Origin: Candidatus Falkowbacteria bacterium
GTDB taxonomy: Bacteria > Patescibacteriota > Patescibacteriia > Patescibacteriales > UBA12075
Assembly: GCA_003514005.1 (NCBI GenBank)
Contig: DOSJ01000004.1
Span: forward strand, 37,533 to 101,532
Direction of reading: 5' to 3'
DNA: 64,000 nt
The notes below the pieces were generated by a model, which worked only from the letters and a program-made list of their open reading frames with translations, did not search any database and was not told the DNA's origin. How positions within the stretch are numbered: the first letter of the stretch is position 1; each line of letters opens with the position of its first letter. Both the position numbers and the translations under genes were made by a program. Below are positions 9,961-22,900 of the stretch, piece by piece.

Positions 9961-10596
9961 TTAATAATACATTTTTTTAATTAAAGCAATTGCCATTTTA
10001 ATTTTGTTACTTCTGGCAAACACAGCGTATCCCGCCAATTCGTCAAATTCTTTGGCAGATATATTTTCCCAGTTTATCCTTAATTCTTTGATCTCATTTT
10101 CGTTGATTGGTGTGTTTTTGATAAATCGCAAATAAAGATAATCAAAAACCGCTTTGGACTTGGTTGCAACCATAATCGGCGCTGTGTCGATAAATTTGGC
10201 TTCGTATCCACAAAACAATTTAGGATTTATAGTATAATATCTGAACACACCTAATTTGTTTTTGTATTCCCTGGTGCTTTTGTTGGTGACGGATGTAATG
10301 GATCTAACTGGTTCTGATAAAAGCTGATATTTTGACATTATATATTCCAAAGAAAGATAGGACGGAGTAACCAACTGGCCGGCGGCATATTCTAGAAAAG
10401 CATCTTTGTTTACTTCATTTTTATATTGTTCGCTGAAGGTGTATAAACCGTTTTTAAGCGCAATTAAATCGTCACTATTTAGCCAGTATTTTATATTGGC
10501 ATCAAGAGTATTTGCGTTTTTTTCAAAATTTTTTAAAATATCTTTTGAAAAAATCCTTAATTTTGCTGTTTTATTTTTGATTTCGATTAATTTCAT
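9961..10596 (-). CDS. abiEi: AbiEi-family antitoxin/transcriptional regulator
   Basis: LIALKNGLY, PSYLSLEY..S.Y.L..E, ITSVT and ATKSKAVFDYLYL motifs; immediately upstream of the AbiEii gene. Confidence 0.85.
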   Translation of the reverse strand: MKLIEIKNKTAKLRIFSKDILKNFEKNANTLDANIKYWLNSDDLIALKNGLYTFSEQYKNEVNKDAFLEYAAGQLVTPSYLSLEYIMSKYQLLSEPVRSITSVTNKSTREYKNKLGVFRYYTINPKLFCGYEAKFIDTAPIMVATKSKAVFDYLYLRFIKNTPINENEIKELRINWENISAKEFDELAGYAVFARSNKIKMAIALIKKMYY

Positions 10597-10647
10597 ATTG
10601 TTTTGGAATTAGTATATATATTATACCATATCCAAAACAATTGTCAA
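10597..10647 (-). promoter_or_regulatory. abiE promoter with inverted-repeat operator
   Basis: Minus-strand TTGACA (10642-10647) and TATAAT (10620-10625); 11-bp inverted repeat ATTGTTTTGGA (10597-10607) / TCCAAAACAAT (10631-10641), consistent with AbiEi autoregulation. Confidence 0.65.
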
Positions 10648-10658
10648 TAACATCACAT

Positions 10659-10687
10659 GTAGAGACGCCCAATTTGGGCGTCTCTAC
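10659..10687. repeat. GTAG-type REP-like palindrome
   Basis: GTAGAGACGCCCA-att-TGGGCGTCTCTAC perfect hairpin, same family as 9060-9087. Confidence 0.7.
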
Positions 10688-10843
10688 GGCAAATGTTTAT
10701 TAGTTATCCACAAAAATAATTATTTTAATATTAGTAAAATCGTATTTTTTTAAATGCGATTTTTTGTTTTATTTTTTGGCTAATAATAAACTTTTATTTA
10801 TTAATAATTCGGAAAGAAATATTCGCTTTTTAAGCATAAAATA

Positions 10844-10902
10844 TGGTATAATATAGTTAGAAAAATGTTATATCTCGAGTATCGAGATGAGCTAATATTA
10901 AA
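10844..10902 (+). promoter_or_regulatory. Extended -10 promoter with palindromic operator-like site
   Basis: TGgTATAAT at 10844-10852; ATCTCGA-gta-TCGAGAT at 10872-10888; followed by CTAATATTAAA as at 1939-1949. Confidence 0.65.
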
Positions 10903-10914
10903 GATTAATTTTCA

Positions 10915-13900
10915 ATGTTTAGAACGCTAAAAAATAACTGCAAAAAGTTACTGTTTGGGGTAATTATTTTTTTGTTTATAACATTTATTTTTTCGGCAAT
11001 TCCCAGTTCTGCGTCAGATAAAAAAATAATTTATGGGAAGCAGGACATGTCCCTAGAGTTAGTTTCTGAAATTGGCGATATGAAGAGCAATAATTCCGAG
11101 TTGGAACTAAAACTTAAAAAGAAGCGTAAACTGCCCGGAGCTGTTGGCGCTTTTTTTAAAGGTTTTTTTGTGGATGAGTTTAAGAAAGCGGAAATTAGCG
11201 CGGAAATGGTAGAAGGCGAGAGTGAAGAAAGTGATTTTTTTGTTGAAACTTTTTATCAGGAAGACGGTGAATTTTCAGTTCAATTAAAGCCAAAAGGACG
11301 GCAGGTAAAACCAGGCTTGCATAAAGTAGTTATTACTTTGAAAGACGAAAAATTAACCGGTAATGAAACAATCAGTTTTGTGCAGGATTTTAGTTGGGGT
11401 GTTCTGGCTTTTAATAGTAATAAATCAATTTATCAACCGGATGAAAATGCGTATTTGCAGATGGGGGTTTTGGATGAGCTTGGACACACAGTTTGTGGCG
11501 CTGATCTGGAGATGATTATTACCGCACCGGATAAAGGTAAGGCGGTTTTAAGTACAAAAAACGGTTTGATTATCCGCAACCCGGAATGCGGGCCGGATAA
11601 TGTTATTTTAACTCCGGATTATTACGCGAATTATGGTTTGGGAGAGATTGGTGAATATACTGTGAAATTAATCGCTACTACGGAAAAAGGTTCTTGGGAG
11701 ATAAGCGATGTTATTAGCGTGCAGGCCGAATCGCCTTTTGTTGTCGAGCGCATCGGGCCGACGCGTATCAATCCGACAGCGGAGTATGGGATGATGGTGA
11801 AGATTAGGGCGAATGAGGATTTTAGCGGAAACCTTATCGAAAAAATGCCGGAGGATTTTAAAATTTCTAATTTCCAATTTCTAATTTCTAATCAATTACA
11901 AATTACAAATTACAAATTACAAATAGATGATGCTGGAAAAAATTTGATTTTGGAGAATATTATTCTTAAAAAAGGAGATGAGGCAACATTGATTTATAAG
12001 TTTGACGCGCCGGATATTTTTCCGGAATTTTATTTGCTGGGTCCGCTTGAAGCAATCTCCGCCCAAGGCGGACCAGCCATAGGCTGGGAAAATCGCAGCT
12101 GGCAGATCGCGTCGGACGGCGAGAATCAGGTGATTGTGGCACAGAAGATTGCGATTGATGCCGGTACGGCGGACACTGTAAATTGGACAGAAGCGGTTAA
12201 GGCGACATCCACGCTATTTAGCGGAGGACAGAAATATTTTGTGTATGTGACGGCTGGTTTTTCAGGAAGTGTGGCCGGTGTAATTTCGAATTTTGAAATT
12301 TTGTATGGAAGCACGATCCAATATTCCGGCTCAATTGAAGCATCCGGGGATCAAGCGAATGACGCGATGCAGATTTCTTGGTTTGATGTAATGGATCAGG
12401 CGGCAACCCCTGAGGACATTATTTTACGTTATCGCACTGTTTCCGGAACTTCGTATATAATGAACGCGCAGATTGTGGCAATGAATATCAGTAACCTGGA
12501 AACGACTGATTGGAAATATGCCGTCAATTCAACATCGCGCGCTTTAACTACAACCGTAACCGCGGACGCAAACATTACCATGAATAACGCTGATGGCGTC
12601 AAGGATTGGCTGGTGTTTGCGATGGCGGAAATTGATATTTCAAGCGCGTTAAGACAATATGTCAGCCAAATATACAATGGCGCAAGCGCCTCTATGTCAT
12701 TTCAAAGAGAAGGTGAAAATACGAATGAATTTTTACCGCACGCCATATATCGACCATTTGATAACGTGGCGCAAAATACGGTTTTTAGTATTCGCAATTA
12801 TTCAATCACTTCCAATGTTAACACGCACTTGCGCAGCCGCGTTTTTGCTTTGAATTTGAACCGTTTTGAAAGCTTTAAAACATATTATGCAGATCTTCCC
12901 TCGACCGCGATCAACGGTACCTGGACGGTGATAGGTAATTTGAATAGCGGGGGAAATTACGCCCCGCAGACAAGTGGCGACCAACTGATCTTTTCTTCGT
13001 TTATAAATGATATTACGGCAAATACGAATGAATCGGACGATCGTTTGCAAGTGAATGGGGTAACAGTGCCGACCAGCTGGAGCTGGGGGCAGTCGCCGGC
13101 CGGATACCGGACCGGTTATGACGCCGCGGACGAGCCGGTACATAATATTGTCGCAAGAGTAAGCATTCCGACAACCGGACAGACAATCAGTTTGGACGCG
13201 ATTGAGGTGCCCAATTCCACTCAGGTCGGCGACGAGGTGAGCTTGGCCGCGTTCAGTACACGGCTCAAGAATATTAATCGGCCTTTTGGCGTCGTTAATT
13301 CCAAATCTTTCCGCGCGGATGGATCCGGGGTTGTTGATTTTGCTTTTGACGTATCGGATCGCGACCTGGATGACGCGCGCGTTAAAGTCGAATATGAACA
13401 AGGAAGCACCTGCGCCTTTAGTTCGTCTGCCAAGACAACTATCAGCACGGTTGACGCCGATACTACCGCTACTTATGGCGACCCCAAGGTGGATAATACG
13501 AATGCTTATCAAGTCGGTACCACGACCGGTTGGATTACGACTACCTTCGGTACGAGCACGGTCAATTTTGATTGGACTAGTCAGGCCAATATACCTTATG
13601 CATCCAGCACTTATTGCGTGCGCCTGACCGCAAATGACGGAACAAATGATCAGCTGGTATCGGCGACTACAACTGTTTACATCGACAATTTTGATCCGAT
13701 AATTTCTGGTGTTGCGATTCCTGATCGGATGTACAAGATTGGCGACACCATGACCGCGACTATCACGCTAGCGACGGCGGAATCGGATGCACTGACAATT
13801 GGTACTAGCTCTGAAATAAATGGCGGCCCAATATTTAATTTACAGAAAATTAACAACACGACTTTTACTGCCGATTATCTGATAGCAAGCGGACAGACAG

Positions 13901-16900
13901 ATCGCGCGAGCAATACCATCCCGTTTGAAATATCCTTGGTGGATCCTTATCTTAACCAAAGCGCGTCATCATCCGGATCATTCAGCGGCGGATCGATTGA
14001 TGCTAACGCTCCTGAGATAACAGCGGTTGAAATTGTTAATCTGATGTATGGTATAGGAGACATTATGACAGCAACGATAACGACTGCCTTGGATGCCAGC
14101 CTTTATCTTTTGGAGACATCTTCGCTTAATGCCGCAACGAGCGCGACCGCGAATCTGACAAAGATCAATAACACAACCTATACGCTGGAATATACGGTTG
14201 CCGAAGGCAATGTTGATCGCGCAACCGGAACGATACCGTATCATATTGTTTTGCGCGATTCTTATGGCAATATCAATGCGCCGTATGCCGGTGTTTTTGC
14301 GAATGGATCGCTGGACGCGCATGCTCCGATTATCCAGGCCGTTTATTTGAATAACGGTGCTTATGGTATAAACAGCAGTTTGCCGATTATCATTGATACG
14401 GCGGAAACGGGTTTGGCTTTGGGAGAGAGTACCGTGAACGGAAAGACATTATCCGGCTTTTCGGACCTAGCAGATACGACTTATCAGGCATATTATATCG
14501 TGGCCGAAGGCGATATGGACAGAACGGCCGGGAATGTGCCGATTTCGATAATCATGCGCGATAATTATGGCAATGAGAACGCGGCCTATGTTACACCGGC
14601 CGCGAATACGGCTTCAGTGGATGCGCACAAACCCGAGATACTTTCGATCGTTATCCCAAATCTTGTTTACAAAATCGGCGATACGATTCGCGCGACTGCG
14701 ACGGTAGCGGCTGACGTGGCTGCCTATACGCTTGGAACGACAACTGTTAATAATGTTGCGGCAAGTAATTTGCAAAAATATGATAACTCAACTTATACTT
14801 TTGATTATACGGTCTTGTCCGGACATACGGATCGCTCGGCTGGAACGATTCCGTTTTCGCTGATGTTAAAAGATCAGCTGGAGCAGTATAATGATCCCGC
14901 CTTTACCGCGATTACCGCCAATACGGCGTCAATCGACGCGAATGCGCCGGCGGTTTCAGCGCTTAGTTTTGCGCCGTCTTCCGGAGTTCTGAAAATCGGC
15001 GATACGGCAACCGCCACGATTACGGCCGCGAGCGCGGAAACCGGATTGAGCGCGGGCGCGACAATCAATATTAATAGCAAAGACGCAAGAGCCAGCTTTA
15101 CTGAACTTGGTGGTGGAGAGTATCGGATAGTTTATATTGTCGCAGAAGGCGACGTTGATCGTCCGGATAATGATGATTTGCCGGTCAATATTATTTTACG
15201 CGATAGCGCAGGTAATGAATCCGTTGCTTTTCAATCTTCTGATCCGACCAATCGTCCGGGAGTCGATGCCAATCGTCCGGTCATTTCCAATGTAACTTTT
15301 AATATCACATCCGGCGTACTCAAAATCGGCGATACGGCAACAGCGACGATTTATACCGATGGGACAGGGTATTTGGCTGATACGATTACCGTAAACGGCA
15401 TTGATGTTTCCGGCACGTTAGTTTCGGCCGGAGGAAATGATTATACGATTACCTATACCGTGGCCGAGGGACACGATGATATTTTAGACGCCAACGATTT
15501 GCCGATTAATATAGTTTTGAGCGATCCGGCCGGAAATGATTCGATTCCATATACGACAGAAGACGCCAGTAATCGTCCGGGCGTTGATGGACACAAACCG
15601 GTAATCTCCAATGTCAGTTTTAATATCACATCGGGTGTGCTCAAAATCGGCGATATTGCCACGACCACGATTTTTGCGGATGCGTCCGGATATTCGGCCG
15701 GCGCGATAACTATCAATGGTGTTGATGTGTCCGGCACATTGGCTTCAGCCGGCGGCAATGATTATACTGTCAGCTATATTGTTATTGAGGGAAATAACGA
15801 TATTTTGGATGCAAACAATCTGCCAATCAGCATCGTGCTTCGGGATGTGGCCGGAAATAATTCCGTTACTTACGTAACGATTGATTCCGCGAATCGTCCG
15901 GGAGTGGATGCCCATCGTCCGGTAATCAATTCAGCCGTATTTGTCCCGTCATCGGGAATTTTGAAAATCGGCGCAAGCGCCACCGCTACATTATCTGTCG
16001 CGGATGCAGAAGAAAATCTCTCGATTATCAGTGCGACAATCAACTATATTAATGTTGCATCCAGTTTTTTTGAAATCGGTTCCGGTGATTACCGCTTGGT
16101 TTATACCGTTAGCGAGGGCGATAACCCGATTAATGATATTGCCGACTTGCCGGTTTATTTTGTTGTATCCGACGCGGCTGGGAATTATTCACTAGCTTTT
16201 AATTCTTCTGACCCCTCTAATCGTCCAGGAGTTGATGCCAGTCAGCCGATTATTTCCAATGTAATTTTCAATATCACATCGGGTATGCTCAAAATCGGCG
16301 ATACAGCAACGGCAACGATATATTCCGACGAGACAGGATACTCAGCTGGCACGATTACAGTAAACAACGTTGACGTATCCGGCACGCTGGCTTCGGCTGG
16401 CGGCAATAATTATACCGTTGCTTATACTGTGGCAGAAGGGCACGATGATATTTTGGATGAGAATGATTTGCCGATTAATATCGTTTTGAGAGATTCTGCC
16501 GGAAACGATTCGAATCCTTATACGACAGAAGACGCCGGCAATCGTCCGGGTGTTGACGGGCACGCGCCGGTTATTTCCAATGTCAGCTTCAATATCACAT
16601 CCGGTTTGCTCAAGATCGGCGATATAGCGACAGCGACGATTTCCGCGGATGCATCCGGCTATTTGGCCGGAGCGATTACTATTAACGGCGTTGACGTGAG
16701 CGCAAGTTTGGCTTCGGCCGGCGGAAATAATTATACGGTCAACTATATCGTCAGCGAAGGACATAATGATATTTTAGACAGTAGTGATTTGCCGATCAGC
16801 GTCGTACTTGTTGATACGAACGGTAATAATTCCTCGACCTATACGACGGCCGATGCGGGCAATCGTCCGGGTGTAGACGGTCATGCGCCGACTGTGCCGG

Positions 16901-19900
16901 GAAACCTTGGTTTTTATAGTAGGGGAAATAACTCCATTACGCTTAATTTTGGCGCGACAACAACAGAAAGCAATTTTTCCGAATATGTAATTTATTATAA
17001 GGCGGGAACAAGCGGAGTTTCCGAGAATGACAGCCGTTGGGATTCGGGCGATGACGGACATCTAGGGCATATTCTTTTTAGCGGATATGGGTCAACGACG
17101 ATAACGGGACTGCTTTCCCAGACTGCTTATGTTTTTAATATCTGGGCATATGACCAAGCCGGTAATAAGACACAGGCGACAGAGGAACTTTCGGCTGCGA
17201 CGAATTACTTACCGCTTTTATCTGATAATCTAGAACAAAGATTGAATGATAATTTTACGGTTGTTTCCAACAACGCTTGGGCGATCGATCAATCAATGGT
17301 ATTGTCGGCCAGCTCAACAGATCCGGAAGGCGGATATTTTGATTACTATTACGAAGTCATCAGCGCGACCGGCACGCTGACAACCGCGACATCGGTTCCG
17401 GCATCCAGCTGTAATTCCGGAACCGGATTTTTGCAGTGTTCGGAAAAGATTTGGAAACAATCCACCGGTCCGGATTGGTATAACGAGGAATGGCTGTATC
17501 GCAAGCAAATAGTCATTGACTCGGATTTAATCGAAGATGATATGCAGGATTTTCCGATTTTGACCAATACGGTTGATGATGATTTGCGGAGAAATGCCCG
17601 TTCTGACGGACACGATATTTTGTTTACGGCGGCCGATGGCGTTACTAAGCTTTCGTATGAAAGAAAGGTATATGATTCAAGCGATGGCGAATTGATTGCC
17701 TGGGTAAAGACTGATGTTTCTTCTTCAACAGACACGATCGTTTATATGTATTACGGAAACGCGGATGTCGCTTCGGACCAGTCAAGCGCGTCCGGCGTTT
17801 GGGATTCGAGCTACTTGGGTGTTTGGCATATGGATGAGGAGCCGACCGGATCTGCGGATGATATCAAAGATAGTTCCGGCAATAGCCGCCATATGACTTC
17901 GTTTAATATGGGAGCTAGTAAGCGTGTCAAAACCGATACCGGCTATGCTTATGAATTTGATGGCGCAGGCGATTACCTGGAGGACGCGGATGGCGAAAAT
18001 TATATTAATGGACTTTCGGAGTTTACGGTAGAGCTATGGCTGAAATCTGATTTGATTGCGACTGATCGCGGATTTATTATCGGTTCAGCCCCGGCTGGAA
18101 ACGATAGTTTTTTTACCTTGCGCTATGATGATGCCGGAGTTAACGGCGGCGGCAATGATGTGATTAAAGGGGCTATTACGACGACCGTAACTGGCGAGAT
18201 TCAGATGGAAAGTTCGAGTTTTTCCCAGACTACCGATTGGCAGCACTTGGTTTTTCGCTGGGAAAGTGGCCGGCAATATGAGCTTTTGGTTGATGGCGAT
18301 TTGGATACTCCTACTTCTAATGATCCGGCCGGCACAGGTCTTACTTCCGGCGCGTCGACTTTGCGCATCGGGCAGGGCGGAAAAGATATTACAACCGCGC
18401 TTGGTTGGGATGGTTTGATTGACGAGGTCCGCATTTCCAATGTTTACCGTTCCGATGCTTGGGTAAAAACAGCTTATAACAATCAATCCAATTTGGCTTC
18501 GTTTGCCCTATTTGGCGCGCAGGATGCCGTCCGCATATTCAATCTTCCCGAATCGGATGACGGCTATATCTGGCAGGTGATGGCTTGCGACCAGCTGGGT
18601 GCCTGTTCAGAATGGGTAAAATATAATGAAGAGTCGCCGAATTTCAAGGTGGATAATACGCCGCCGACAGCGCCGGGCAGTTTAAGCGAAAATTCCAAAA
18701 CATCAACTAGCGTTACGTTTAACCTGTCGGGCACAAGCACGGAATCGTTTTTCAGCGATTACCGCATTTATTACAAAGAATATGGCGGCGATGTTGTTTC
18801 TACTAATGATTCGTATTTCGGGACATCATCCGACGCGAATTTGTCAAATATCCTTTTTAATGGAGCGTCTACCACTACGGTTCCATTCTTGACCGCCGAT
18901 ACGGAATACCAGTTTAATATTTGGGCTTTTGATGAATCCGGCCAAAGCGCGAGCGCTACGCCGATTGTTGTTACGACAGAGATCGGCACAAATCGTCCGA
19001 CTGGTTTGTTTGACTCGGTCGAGCAGAAGCGGGACGGTTCCGGTAGGATTGATATTGGGATAATCGTGAATGACCTTGATAACAACCCTTCCCGGGCGCG
19101 GATTGATTATGTGTCGGGCGTGGCATGCAATTTTTCTTCGCCTTTGGATCCGTATCTTGATGAAGACGGCGCGAATATTTCAGCGACAAATTTACCGGCC
19201 CCTTTGATTGATAATGCTTCAGCGTACCAGGTTGGTACCGGAAGTGAATGGATTTTGACAGCGCCTGCGGCGAATAATGTAGGCTTTGATTGGCTGTCTG
19301 CGCTTAACTTGTCTGGCGTTGAAGGAAACTATTGTCTGCGTCTGACCGTGAATGACGGAGTATATAGCCAGCTGGTTCCTGCGACATCTACCGTGTATAT
19401 TGATAATGCTAGGCCAAGTTCGCCCGGCGCATTGTCATTGGCTGAAAAAAATACTGAAACCCTGGTGTTGACATTTGGGGCAACCTCTACGGAAACCAAT
19501 TTTGCCGAGTACAAGATATTTTATAAGATCGCGGATGGTACTGCGCCGGATGAATCAGACAGCGTCTTGTCATCAAGTACGGATATTAATTTGTCTGATA
19601 AATTTTTCAATACCGCGGCAACGACAACAATCAGTGATTTGATGGCCGGCACTATATATAGTATTGTGATCTGGGCGTACGATGATTATGGTAACGCCGC
19701 CAGCTCTTCGTATGTGAATTTTACCACAAACCATATTCCCTCCGCGCCGACAAACCTTCGACAATACAAAGCGGACGGAGTAACGGAAATTGTAAACAAC
19801 GGCTGGACGATAGAAGATATCGCGACGATACAAGCCGAGGTTAATGACGGCGATGCCGGCGAAAATATCAGTCTTTATTTTGAATTACTTGCGAATAGCG

Positions 19901-22900
19901 ATACGTTTAGGACTGCGACGACCGTGCCATTCAATGCTTGCGCGCCGGATGATTCCTGGTCGGATTGCGCAAGTAAAATTTGGAAAGTAACATCCGTGGC
20001 CGGCGACTACTCAGTAGCTCCTTTCAGCGGAACAACTAGTCCGGCGAACTTGCCAAATTCCAACAGCGGATTTAAATGGCAGGTTATTGCCTGTGATAAT
20101 GACAACGTCTGTTCGGAATGGACGCGTTATAATGACGCGATTCCGAATTTCAAGATTGATTTTATTGCGCCGACCGCTCCCGGCGATTTAAGCGTTGCCG
20201 CTTATACGAGCAATAGTATCACCTTGAATTTTGGCGCAACCACGACAGAAGAGAATTTTAAAGAGTATATAATTTATTACAAAGAGGGCACAAGCGGCGT
20301 AAATGAAACAAACACAAAGCACGGTTCCAGTACAGATGGCAATTTGGCGCATATTTTATTTAATAGCGCGGCTACAACGACTATTAGCGGTTTGAATGCT
20401 GGCACCGCTTATTTTTTTAATATCTGGGCGTATGACCAGGCCGGAAATAAAAATTATGCGGTTTATGAAATTAGCACGACTACGAATAACAAACCGCAAA
20501 GCAATATTGTATCAGCTATGCAAAAAACCAATGGTACAGGAGGCGTTGATATTGTAATTTCAGCCAATGACGCGGACGTGGAAAATCTGTTTGCTATGTT
20601 GGAATTCGCGACCGGAACAGATTGTTTATTTACATCTGCCGGAGACCCGACGCTTGATGAAATTGATGCTAACGCGACCTCGAGCCAAGCCGATGCCAAG
20701 ATCGAAAATGATAACGCTTATCAGATTGGTAATGCGTCCGGATGGATCGTAACGACGGGCGGAGCAAATGCGGTTTCTTTTGATTGGCTTTCTAATACGG
20801 ATTTACCCAATCAATCGGGAACATATTGTTTGCGAATAAGAACAAATGACGGCCATGAAGACAGTGTGTTTGCCACAACCACGCTCATGATCGACAATCT
20901 CAGTCCGACCGCGCCTGGAAATTTAAGCCTGATTGAAAGCCATGGAAATTATTTTGTTCTTGGTTTTGGCGCGACCAGCACGGAAACGAATTGGTTGCGC
21001 TATCGGATTTTTTATAAGCAAGGCGTATCCACGGTCAATGAAAACGATCTGGAATTAATTGATTCTGATTTGGCTGATAAAAATTATAACAATACGGCTA
21101 CGACTTCTGTTTCCGGTTTGCTTGCGAATACGCAATACAGCTTCCGCGTTTTTGCCTATGATATTTATGGCAATAAAGCGCAATCCGGACAAGAAACGTT
21201 TACTACCAATTCTTATCCGTCTTCCTCGTTCAATTCCGCGGCTCAGAAAATCGACGGTAGCGGAAGAGTGGACATTTCTTTGGAAATATACGATACGGAT
21301 GGGGACAATTGTTATGCCAAGCTGGAATTCGCGACCGGAACGGCGTGTGATTTTTCTAGTCCGGGCGACCCGGAGCTAGATGAAGGTTCAGAAAATATTT
21401 CTGTTGATTACGAACCTTTGGGGATCGCAAATACAAATGAATATCAAATCGGCACAGCGGGTGCGCCGATTATCACAGACCAAGGTTCCAATACCATTGA
21501 TCTGGATTGGCTGTCAAAAAGCAATTTGCCGACAGCGGACGGCGATTATTGTCTGCGCCTGACCGTTACGGACGGGTCGGATACGCATAGCGCGACAACG
21601 ACGCTTACGATTGACAACGCCGTTCCGCAAAGACCGGCTGATTTAACGATCGGTTATGCCGATGTCAGGACAATTCGGCTTGATTTTGGTTCGGCTGGCA
21701 GTGATACGCATTTTAAAGAGTATAAGATTTTTTATAAAGAGGGCGTAAGCGGCGTAGCGGAAACCGATAGCGCATGGGACAAGAATGACGACGCTGCCCT
21801 TGGCATAGAGGATTTTGGCGCAGCCGCGTCAACGACAATCGGCGGTCTTTTGCCTGATACGGACTATGTTTTTAATATTTGGATTTATGATGATTTTGGC
21901 AATAAGTCTTTTGCAAGCGGCGAGATATCCAGCTCAACCTTGGAAGCGGTCAGCGCAACCTGGCGCGAGACCGAGGATACGCCTGATCCGACTACTGGAG
22001 TATATGCTTCAAAAGAGCAGACTGTCCGATTGCGCGTGGCAGTAGCCAATTCCGGGACCTGGAGTACCGAAGATTATCGGTATGACTTGCAATATGGCAT
22101 TAAAGATGGAACTTGTGAAAATGTTTCCGCTTGGACTTTGGTGCCGGCAACTGCCGCGGGTGAACATTTTGAAATGAAATCAAGTGTATATTTTATTGAA
22201 AATGCGTCAACAACGCCGCGTTTAACTGGCGACGGCTATGCATTCCGACCAGGATATATGGTACAAGCACCGTTTAGTCAGACCGGAACGATTACGCTTT
22301 ATGGAAATGAGTATTCGGAATTGGAATATACGATAGCCGCGACAACTGATGCCAGTCGTAGCGCAACATATTGTTTTCGCGCGGTTAATCAGGGCGCGGG
22401 TGTCGATGATTATGGGGTTTATCCGGAATTTTCTTTGACGCCACCTCCCTTAAGCGATTTTGTTTCAGCGGTACAGAGAGACGACGGCAGCGGACGCGTC
22501 GATGTTCGTTTTACAGCCGATGATTATAGTAATCAGAATTTGCGTCTAAGAATGGATTATGCGACCGGAACCTTGTGCGACTTCAGCCAGCCGGGAGACC
22601 TAACATTTGATATTTTGAATGAGAATACAAGCGCAACCTATGGCGACCCCTTGATTGATAATGACGCACCTTATCAGATCGGAACCGGTCTTGCGTATGT
22701 TTTGACGCAATATGGCGAAAATACCGTTGATTCTGATTGGCTTTCCGGTGGCGATCTTGGCGGGATTGAAGGAGAATATTGCCTGCGTTTAACTGCTAAT
22801 GATCTTTTTGACGACCAAACCATACCGGCGACTACGACGGTAATGATAGATAACAAAGCGCCGACAGCACCGGGAAATCTGAGCCTGATGTCAAAGACAA

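Noticed and set aside
14940..16890. CRISPR-like periodic repeats
   Set aside because: The period is 321 nt, fully in-frame coding, with no unique spacers and no cas genes
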